Positions 13,972-20,473 of a DNA stretch of 64,000 bases are shown here, piece after piece. The notes below the pieces were generated by a model that was not told the origin of the DNA, did not search any database, and saw nothing but the letters and a program-made list of their open reading frames with translations. The position numbers were made by a program, and so were the translations under genes. This stretch comes from Escherichia coli (lineage in GTDB: Bacteria; Pseudomonadota; Gammaproteobacteria; Enterobacterales; Enterobacteriaceae), in the NCBI RefSeq assembly GCF_003334305.1, contig NZ_QOWS01000021.1; one strand, written 5' to 3'. The stretch's first letter is position 1; the number at the start of each line of letters is the position of its first letter.

Positions 13972-13998
13972 AATAACTTTTAGTAAATAATTGGCGTA

Positions 13999-14382
13999 TT
14001 AATTAGAGTTATTAACAACGATATCCATCTCTAACCGGATATCTAATGCCATTAACATCCCTTCAATTATGCCCTCAGCCTTTTGTAACCTTTTCCCGAT
14101 ATAACCATCAGAGCAGCAATGCTTACCTGCCAGTGACATGAATGTCATACCGACTACATAATAATCTACTAATAAATCGTGCAAATCGCTGTTGTTCTTT
14201 TTCAGACGGGCCATGCACCCGCAAATGATCATCGCGTCATCGTCACAACATTGCGGGCGAGATTTTACTTTTGAAGGAATTAATCCCTTAAAACCGGCGG
14301 CAATGGACGACCAGGTCACATCTTCATGATTATTAGCCGCCCACGCTCCCCAACGCTCAAGAACCATCTGAATATCACGCAT
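13999..14382 (-). CDS. Q: Late-gene antiterminator Q, phage 21 / QuuD type
   Basis: 127 aa from [26 protein letters not shown]...; matches recalled DLP12 QuuD. The ORF extends 5 codons further upstream. Confidence 0.9.
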   Translation of the reverse strand: MRDIQMVLERWGAWAANNHEDVTWSSIAAGFKGLIPSKVKSRPQCCDDDAMIICGCMARLKKNNSDLHDLLVDYYVVGMTFMSLAGKHCCSDGYIGKRLQKAEGIIEGMLMALDIRLEMDIVVNNSN

Positions 14383-14467
14383 CAACTTACTCCACAAAAA
14401 TCAGACCAGAACGCCAATTACAAGCAAAAATCAACAAAACAGTATTAGTTGATTGTTATCTCTGACT

Positions 14468-14608
14468 TCATACTCCTGCTCCTGTCAGTGTTTTGGCGTA
14501 ATTCTTCAGTATTCGGTAATCGGTCAAAACAGAACCGGGGAAACGATATAAGCGCAGGCGCACCCAGCGGCGGCGAAGACGCTCTGCCATATAAGACTCA
14601 AACATCAT
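14468..14608 (-). CDS. ylcG: Small protein YlcG (46 aa)
   Basis: Hand translation gives [46 protein letters not shown]. Its ATG overlaps the rusA stop (ATGA). Position between rusA and Q as in DLP12. Confidence 0.6.
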   Translation of the reverse strand: MMFESYMAERLRRRWVRLRLYRFPGSVLTDYRILKNYAKTLTGAGV

Positions 14609-14967
14609 TCATCTCCCAGTTCGGTGATGGTCAGTTCCAGCCTCCCACCTTTGGTAACAGGCATCTTCACAACGCGGTAATCAACGACCTGAGCATCATC
14701 CAGCCAGAAACCTGCTTTGGTGAGTGCGTCAAAAGCGGCTTTTTGCAGATTATCCAGGTCACGGCGACGGCGATCCGGCATGTGGCACTCAATACGGATT
14801 TTCACTGGCATAGCCAGGCCGATATCCAGCATTGCGTTTTTAATGATTCGGGTGACGTTATCGCGGTATGCCTGCCCTTCTGCGCTGATGTGTGTGCGCC
14901 CGCGATTATGGCGGTAATAGCGGTTATTGCTCGGAGGCCAGGGTAATGTGATGCTGTAGGTATTCAC
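14605..14967 (-). CDS. rusA: Holliday junction resolvase RusA
   Basis: 120 aa, [28 protein letters not shown]...; matches recalled RusA. Confidence 0.95.
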   Translation of the reverse strand: MNTYSITLPWPPSNNRYYRHNRGRTHISAEGQAYRDNVTRIIKNAMLDIGLAMPVKIRIECHMPDRRRRDLDNLQKAAFDALTKAGFWLDDAQVVDYRVVKMPVTKGGRLELTITELGDE

Positions 14968-15254
14968 GCCTTAATAACCCCCTCTTTCAGCCAGATAACC
15001 TGCGTTCTCGCCATACCTTCCAGCGCGCATTCTTTTGCATACTCAGCATCGACAAAATATGTGCGGCGGTCGATTTCGTCGTGACAGGCAGAACATGCAA
15101 TGGTGGCAATCAGGTCTGGCGGTTTGATACCGGTACCGCACAATCCAGCCAGCCGGATATGTGCCAGTACTGACGTTTCAGGATTGCCATTACATACGCC
15201 AGGGATTCTTACCTGGCATTCCCGACCACGCGCTGCTTTTCTCAAATCAGCCAT
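14964..15254 (-). CDS. ybcO: YbcO (DUF1364) putative nuclease of the nin region
   Basis: 96 aa from [32 protein letters not shown]... with Cys clusters; matches recalled DLP12 YbcO. Confidence 0.88.
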   Translation of the reverse strand: MADLRKAARGRECQVRIPGVCNGNPETSVLAHIRLAGLCGTGIKPPDLIATIACSACHDEIDRRTYFVDAEYAKECALEGMARTQVIWLKEGVIKA

Positions 15255-15417
15255 GATTCCTCCTTGCTGCCAGTCGCAACCATTTTTTATCAACCAGGCT
15301 AGCGGTATATCCGAGCAGTGTTGGTATTTCGGATGGCTTCAGCTCAGGCTTACGCTTACGACGATTTGATACTCTGTAGATGTGCCCGTTCATGACACGA
15401 ATAAGCGGTGTAGCCAT
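15247..15417 (-). CDS. ninE: NinE
   Basis: Hand translation gives [56 protein letters not shown] (56 aa). It overlaps the ybcO start by 8 nt. Too short for the ORF track. Confidence 0.75.
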   Translation of the reverse strand: MATPLIRVMNGHIYRVSNRRKRKPELKPSEIPTLLGYTASLVDKKWLRLAARRNHG

Positions 15418-15872
15418 TACGCCTCCTGCTTATCGCGCAGCTGCTGGTATTCACAGCTCTGCGGAATTGTCAGGTGGCAGCCGATATTCATCGCCCAGGC
15501 TTCGACTTTGCACAGGAAGATGTACATCTCGCCGGTTTCCAGCTCTGACGTATGGCGGAGGGATTGGACGGTGGTGACCTCGCCGGACACGACATCTACA
15601 CGGTCTTTGCTTTCGTAGCCGAGATAGGTGTGCTTCATCGCGTCTTTGACCCACTCAGGCGTAGCGAAGGTCTTGCCGCGGGCGATGAGATATTCGCTGA
15701 TCTCCGTGTACCACATGTGGCTGAGCGCGTTCTGCGACAGGCTGCGCTTCTCGCGCCACGGCTTAACCTGCAGGCGTAAGCATTGCCCGGCATCCAGCAA
15801 TGGCTGAATCTGCTGGCCGATGGCCGCGAAGTTACCGCGATGGAGTTTGATGCCGTCTACTGGCAGAGTCAT
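15417..15872 (-). CDS. ybcN: NinB-family recombination protein (YbcN)
   Basis: 151 aa, MTLPVDGIKLHRGNFAAIGQQIQPLLDAGQ...; matches recalled DLP12 YbcN/NinB family. Confidence 0.88.
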   Translation of the reverse strand: MTLPVDGIKLHRGNFAAIGQQIQPLLDAGQCLRLQVKPWREKRSLSQNALSHMWYTEISEYLIARGKTFATPEWVKDAMKHTYLGYESKDRVDVVSGEVTTVQSLRHTSELETGEMYIFLCKVEAWAMNIGCHLTIPQSCEYQQLRDKQEA

Positions 15873-16136
15873 ACGGCCTCCCTAACGGAAACCGCAGAAT
15901 GCAGAAAATCGCAGGTGCATTTCTGCATCTGTGACAAGGTGATGAGTTCAGATTGTGGTCGCATTTAAGTCCCCTTAAATGCGCAGAAGTCACCGGAGTT
16001 GTTCAGGCTCCGATGAGAGGATTATGGCGGATTGATTACGATAAATCAAAACTATCTTGAAGCCAAAACAGTGATCTTCGCTTTAAAAACCTTGTATACT
16101 TTCACCTAATCACAGCCAGAACTATGGATCTAACCA

Positions 16137-16514
16137 ATGACCAACAAAGAAAACAAAGATAAATATATTAACAAGTTCAAGAAAGAGCTTTCAAAATATA
16201 TACAACCAACTGCTGGAGTGGACATTCAATTATTTAACTCTAAGGATGGTGGTGGTGTAATTAAAGCCACTTTGAATAGAAGTGGAAAAAGAAAATCATC
16301 TATTGCAGGTAATTTTACTAAATTAGGTGAGGCAATTACCTCGAGTGGGCAGAGGGTTTTTGGTGGTGATCTATCAAATGTAAATTTTTACGGAACAAAT
16401 ACGATTTTTGATGGAGATACAATATTTTTAATTAAATCACCTGATTCAGAGGAGTGGTCATCACAAAAAGCTTCCAAAGACGTAGAGGGCATCGTATTTG
16501 GAGGGAAAAAATGA
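16137..16514 (+). CDS. Hypothetical soluble protein (125 aa), first gene of an AT-rich opposite-strand cassette
   Basis: ORF track. Lys-rich N-terminus and Gly-rich body; no family recognised. The stop overlaps the next start (ATGA at 16511-16514). Confidence 0.6.
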   Translation: MTNKENKDKYINKFKKELSKYIQPTAGVDIQLFNSKDGGGVIKATLNRSGKRKSSIAGNFTKLGEAITSSGQRVFGGDLSNVNFYGTNTIFDGDTIFLIKSPDSEEWSSQKASKDVEGIVFGGKK

Positions 16515-16939
16515 TTAACATTACTACTAAGGATGGCACTCAAGTCAGTGGTGAAGTAAGAGATCTAGTAATTCTTCTTGAAACTGATGGAAAAACGGTG
16601 TCTGATTATTTGCAGCCAATCCCTCCCAAAAAAGATACACACTGGAGCATGATTTTCATTCCGGTAGCAATTTATATACTACTTAATCTTGTATACATTA
16701 TTGCTCACCCATTATTTCCTGAAAAATATCTAAAAACATCAACATCTATATTTCTATTCATTTCCTTCATATTAAGTGCAATAGTAGCATATTTTGTTTT
16801 CCATAAGCATAAATCTGCCACTCTATCCATATGCAGCTTAGTGTTCTTAGTGTTAATTGTAGGTGCTAACGTAGGGTTTATCAGTTACAGCGACCTAACA
16901 CAAAAAGCGACGCAAAAATTAGATAGTTTGTCTAAATAA
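16511..16939 (+). CDS. Hypothetical membrane protein (142 aa; ~44-aa N-terminal soluble part + 3 predicted TM helices)
   Basis: The ATG at 16511 is preceded by GGAGGG. Hydrophobic stretches: WSMIFIPVAIYILLNLVYIIA, SIFLFISFILSAIVAYFVF, LSICSLVFLVLIVGANVGFI. A hairpin at 16947-16967 lies downstream. Confidence 0.6.
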   Translation: MINITTKDGTQVSGEVRDLVILLETDGKTVSDYLQPIPPKKDTHWSMIFIPVAIYILLNLVYIIAHPLFPEKYLKTSTSIFLFISFILSAIVAYFVFHKHKSATLSICSLVFLVLIVGANVGFISYSDLTQKATQKLDSLSK

Positions 16940-17017
16940 TTATGTTGCCATGCGAAGTATGCATGGCTGCATGTCTGCCTTCCATTTAAAATGGGCTAAG
17001 ACCTATAACCCTAAATA

Positions 17018-17731
17018 TTATTCTTTATTATCTTCTTTACCACTTCGCACCATCCCGTTCGACTTGTTGCGGTTGTACTTCGCCTGAAGCAGCTGGATTG
17101 GCGTCGGGCCATGCTCGGCAGCCGGTGCTGCAATCGCCCGGCGCACAGGCGGTACTGGTTTGCCCTCGGTGACGCGCCTCTCCCACATGTCCAGCAGATC
17201 GCCGGCTTCACGCGCCAGCTCACCATGCGTTAACTGGCGCTCTGTGCTGCGGTGGCGCAGTTCGACGCAGATGTGGTACATGACAGGCTGTGACCACGGG
17301 AAATGCTCGCTGGAAGTGAATTCGAAGGAACGATTACGCCAATCCCAGTATTCGGTTATGACTTGGTCAACAGTGATACCTAACGCCCCGCCACTCTGCT
17401 TACACCACGCTACGAACTGGCCGGGCGACGGCAGGAATGGTCGCTCCTGTCGGCGGGCCACGCGCATTCCGGCGTTAACCTGTTCCATTGTGGTGATCCC
17501 GTTTTCCCGGAAAGCCAGAACCCACTGGCGGCGAATTTCGTTCAGTTCGTTCTGGTCACGGTTAGCCAGGCTCGCAGGGAAAGTTGCCAGCAACTGGCTG
17601 AATACACCGTTGATGATCTGCGCTACCTGCTGTACCTGCGGCTTTTCGTCGTACTGTTCCGGCATGTTGTTGGCGATCCGGCGCATCTGCTCACGGTCAA
17701 AGTTAACCATCTGTGCGGCGATGTTTTTCAT
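17018..17731 (-). CDS. P: Replication protein P (DnaB helicase loader), chimeric: lambda-like N-terminal ~110 aa, divergent C-terminal part
   Basis: 237 aa. MKNIAAQMVNFDREQMRRIANNMPEQYDEKPQVQQ...FVAWC matches recalled lambda P, and the sequence then diverges. Confidence 0.88.
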   Translation of the reverse strand: MKNIAAQMVNFDREQMRRIANNMPEQYDEKPQVQQVAQIINGVFSQLLATFPASLANRDQNELNEIRRQWVLAFRENGITTMEQVNAGMRVARRQERPFLPSPGQFVAWCKQSGGALGITVDQVITEYWDWRNRSFEFTSSEHFPWSQPVMYHICVELRHRSTERQLTHGELAREAGDLLDMWERRVTEGKPVPPVRRAIAAPAAEHGPTPIQLLQAKYNRNKSNGMVRSGKEDNKE

Positions 17732-18657
17732 AAATCCACCCCGTAAATCCAGTCAGTGTTCGTCAGGTCGAGTTTTGGTTTGCCGGCTGTCACGCCAGCC
17801 TGTTGCTTGTTTCGGTTGATTTCGAGCTGGGTCCACTTGTCGCGGAGTTTGGCCGGACTCAGCACGTTACCGGACCAGAAGTTGTCCTGGCAGGCCCAGC
17901 GAAACAGTACACACATGTCGCGGTGGTTACGTCCATCACGTTCACGCATCAGACGGATATCGTTAGCCCACCCTGCAAAATTCGGTTTTCTGGCTGATGG
18001 TGCGATAGTCTTCACCATGTCAAACATCCACTCTGCGGCGGTCAGGTCTTCTGCTGTCCCCCACTTGCTGCCGTTCTGAATCGCAGCATCCGCTTTCACC
18101 ACAGGAAGGTCGTTTTCTGGCAGGTCAGAGGATTCGCCAGAATTCTCTGACGAATAAGGTTTTATATTGTCTTTTGTTAGTTTGTCTTTTGTGTTTACCG
18201 GATTCGGGTAAGTGCCTTTACCTGATTTGGGTAAACTTTTCTTACCTGATTCAGGTAAATTTACCTCTTTCAGGTAAACTTTATTTTTCTTACCTGATTC
18301 GGGTAATGTTGACCATTCACTGACCACATTATTAATGCCTATATTCCGCCCGCTCTGAATAAAAATCCCACGCTTTACCAGAACACTTTTTGCAGCAGAA
18401 CACTTGTGCGGCAATATCCCGGTCAACTCGGAAAGTTGCTCGTTGCTCACCCAATCCAGTTTTTTATTAAAGCCATATGTTTTGCGCATGACAGCCAGGA
18501 AGACCAGAAGCTGGTGCTGTGTTAATCCGGCCAGCATTACAGCTTCCAGCAACTCATTTGCAATGCGCGTATAACCATCATCGAGATCTGCCACGCGCGG
18601 CTCCTTTTGTGCCGCATCCGGCACAGGAAAATTGAATATCTCAGCAGTGTTTGCCAT
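17728..18657 (-). CDS. O: Replication initiator O, chimeric: divergent N-terminal ori-binding part, lambda-identical C-terminal part
   Basis: 309 aa from MANTAEIFNF (GGGAGG RBS). The C-terminal ~150 aa (YSSENSGESSD...TDWIYGVDL) matches recalled lambda O. Iterons lie inside the gene. Confidence 0.9.
   Translation of the reverse strand: MANTAEIFNFPVPDAAQKEPRVADLDDGYTRIANELLEAVMLAGLTQHQLLVFLAVMRKTYGFNKKLDWVSNEQLSELTGILPHKCSAAKSVLVKRGIFIQSGRNIGINNVVSEWSTLPESGKKNKVYLKEVNLPESGKKSLPKSGKGTYPNPVNTKDKLTKDNIKPYSSENSGESSDLPENDLPVVKADAAIQNGSKWGTAEDLTAAEWMFDMVKTIAPSARKPNFAGWANDIRLMRERDGRNHRDMCVLFRWACQDNFWSGNVLSPAKLRDKWTQLEINRNKQQAGVTAGKPKLDLTNTDWIYGVDL
18195..18306. repeat. Origin of replication iterons: five 17-bp inverted-symmetry repeats TTACCTGATTCGGGTAA, with an AT-rich tract at 18165-18194
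   Basis: Copies at 18195-18211, 18218-18234, 18242-18258, 18261-18277 and 18290-18306, inside O at the position of lambda ori. The sequence differs from lambda iterons. Confidence 0.85.
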
Positions 18658-18743
18658 AATTCCTCCCGCAATGAGTGTGTTACGATTTGCACCTGAAAGT
18701 CGGTTCTGTTCCCGCAGACCGACTTTCGCCATTTTTAAACCTG

Positions 18744-19289
18744 TCATATTGCCCCCAACATGGTGGTAACCATCGCCATCAATGGACCAGCCAGATCCGG
18801 GTCCACACGAAACATCGACACAATACCTTCACTCATCTCCTTCAGTTTCTGGTGGCGTGGTGCGTTGAGAATGACAGCCTGTTTTGCCTCACTGAGTTCC
18901 TTTTCCATTTCAGCCAACCGAGTCATGAAGCTATCCTGCTCAACCAGGTAACCGCGATATTCCAGCGGTAGTACCGCCAGAATTGCCGGGGTCAGTTCAC
19001 GCACGTTATTTCGGTATTTTTCAGAATCGAATTTGTTATCGAGGAAGCGGAACAGCTTCTGGCGTGCACGGCTGACATCATCAGGGAAATCGATGGTGCC
19101 GCCGCCCTGTGCTCGATACTCATTCACAATGAGTGCGGCAACAACATCCTGATTATCTGCAGCCGACCAGGCGCGGACGGCATCACGGATTTTTTCGTGG
19201 CCTGGCACCTGTTTTGTTTGAGAACGATTTATCACCGCAGTCGGGCTAAATCCGCTAGTCTGTTGGTATGTAAGTGGTTGCATAGTCAT
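18744..19289 (-). CDS. YdaT-family protein in the cII position (probable CII functional analogue)
   Basis: 181 aa. NEYRAQGGGTIDFP... and LTPAILAVLPLEYRGYL resemble recalled Rac YdaT (EEYLRQGGGELPLVP..., LIPAILAILPRELRHRL). Located between cro-like and O. Confidence 0.6.
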   Translation of the reverse strand: MTMQPLTYQQTSGFSPTAVINRSQTKQVPGHEKIRDAVRAWSAADNQDVVAALIVNEYRAQGGGTIDFPDDVSRARQKLFRFLDNKFDSEKYRNNVRELTPAILAVLPLEYRGYLVEQDSFMTRLAEMEKELSEAKQAVILNAPRHQKLKEMSEGIVSMFRVDPDLAGPLMAMVTTMLGAI

Positions 19290-19313
19290 TGCCTTATCAG
19301 TTAACGCCGCAGT

Positions 19314-19547
19314 TTAGGCGGCAGAATTACTCGCGTTAAACAATGGTGCGAGGTCGGGACGAATATCTGCTGGTTTAATCTTTCCACCAGTGGCTGAGAC
19401 AATTTTCATTACATAGCGGGCATCAATTCCGCCACCGTGTAGCCAACGCCAAACTGTGGGTTGGGCTACACCGCATAGATCTGCCAGTCGTTTTTGACTA
19501 CCTGTAATACTGATTGCGAGTTGAATGGTTTGATTTGTCATTATCAA
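19314..19547 (-). CDS. cro: Cro-like HTH regulator (YdaS family)
   Basis: 77 aa. HTH GSQKRLADLCGVAQPTVWRWLHG. Divergent from the cI-like gene across an operator-bearing intergenic region. The start could instead be Met3. Confidence 0.8.
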   Translation of the reverse strand: MIMTNQTIQLAISITGSQKRLADLCGVAQPTVWRWLHGGGIDARYVMKIVSATGGKIKPADIRPDLAPLFNASNSAA

Positions 19548-19556
19548 TTCCTATTG

Positions 19557-19607
19557 GTATTGCAATGAATGAATAATAGCAATGAGTATTAACCCAAGCA
19601 ATAGCAA
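19557..19607. promoter_or_regulatory. OR operator cluster: three AGCAAT-type motif copies spaced about 20 bp apart
   Basis: GTATTGCAAT 19557-19566, ATAGCAAT 19576-19583, AGCAATAGCAA 19597-19607. The same motif recurs at the PL region (22278-22317). Confidence 0.55.
19573..19601 (-). promoter_or_regulatory. Candidate PR promoter (TTGCTT-17 bp-TATTAT) reading into cro
   Basis: Minus strand: -35 TTGCTT (19601-19596), 17-nt spacer, -10 TATTAT (19578-19573). It overlaps the operator motifs. Confidence 0.55.
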
Positions 19608-19651
19608 AACGTGTTTTGACCATCAATACGCAAGCGTATAAATTAAAACTT

Positions 19652-20344
19652 ATGAAAAAAGAAACTCTTGCTGATCGCTTAAATCTAGCGATGGAACAAT
19701 CTGGAATGTCTCAAGGCGCTCTTGCAAAGGCGTCTGGCGTAGCTCAACCCACAATCTGGAGACTGACAAGCGGCAACGCGCGCGGCTCAACAAAAATTGT
19801 TGAAATAGCTAATGCATTGGGTGTTCGAACAGAATGGCTCTCTTCAGGCATAGGCCCGATGAGAAATGACGGTCAACAATCAGGGAAGCCTGCTGTCAGC
19901 CATTCCAAATACTTCAAAATTGACGTTCTTGATATAGAAGTCAGTGCCGGGCCGGGTGTAATCAACCGTGAGTTTGTAGAAGTTCTACGCTCGGTTGAAT
20001 ACTCGTTTGACGATGCTCGTCACATGTTCGATGGCAGGAAGGCGGAAAATATCCGCATCATTAACGTGCGTGGTGACAGCATGTCAGGAACGATCGAACC
20101 AGGTGATCTGCTGTTCGTTGATATCACGGTTAAATCTTTCGACGGTGATGGTATCTATGCGTTTCTGTATGACGACACCGCCCATGTAAAACGCCTGCAA
20201 ATGATGAAGGATAAGCTGCTGGTTATCTCTGATAACAAGAGCTACTCACCGTGGGACCCGATCGAGAAAGACGAGATGAACCGCGTGTTCATCTTCGGGA
20301 AAGTCATCGGGAGCATGCCGCAGACATATAGAAAGCATGGGTAG
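19652..20344 (+). CDS. cI: cI-like prophage repressor (N-terminal XRE-type HTH + C-terminal S24 LexA-like autopeptidase)
   Basis: 230 aa from MKKETLADRLNLAMEQSGMSQGALAKASGVAQPTIWRL. Ala-Gly cleavage site context (EVSAGPG), GDSMSG Ser motif and HVKRL Lys motif. No SD before the ATG. Confidence 0.9.
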   Translation: MKKETLADRLNLAMEQSGMSQGALAKASGVAQPTIWRLTSGNARGSTKIVEIANALGVRTEWLSSGIGPMRNDGQQSGKPAVSHSKYFKIDVLDIEVSAGPGVINREFVEVLRSVEYSFDDARHMFDGRKAENIRIINVRGDSMSGTIEPGDLLFVDITVKSFDGDGIYAFLYDDTAHVKRLQMMKDKLLVISDNKSYSPWDPIEKDEMNRVFIFGKVIGSMPQTYRKHG

Positions 20345-20473
20345 AAATCAGAACAAAATTATGCACTTCGCTTTTCAGCTTACTGTAGTAAGGCAATAAA
20401 TTAGGCTTGACGTTAGCTATCAGGTGCACAACAATAATTGTTGAATAATAGGTTTTTTTAACTAGGTGATAAC

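Noticed and set aside
18165-18310. Regularly spaced short repeats that could superficially look like a mini CRISPR or tandem array
   Set aside because: The repeats are 17-bp inverted-symmetry units inside the O gene at the canonical ori position, with an adjacent AT-rich tract. They are replication iterons. No CRISPR array was seen anywhere in the window.
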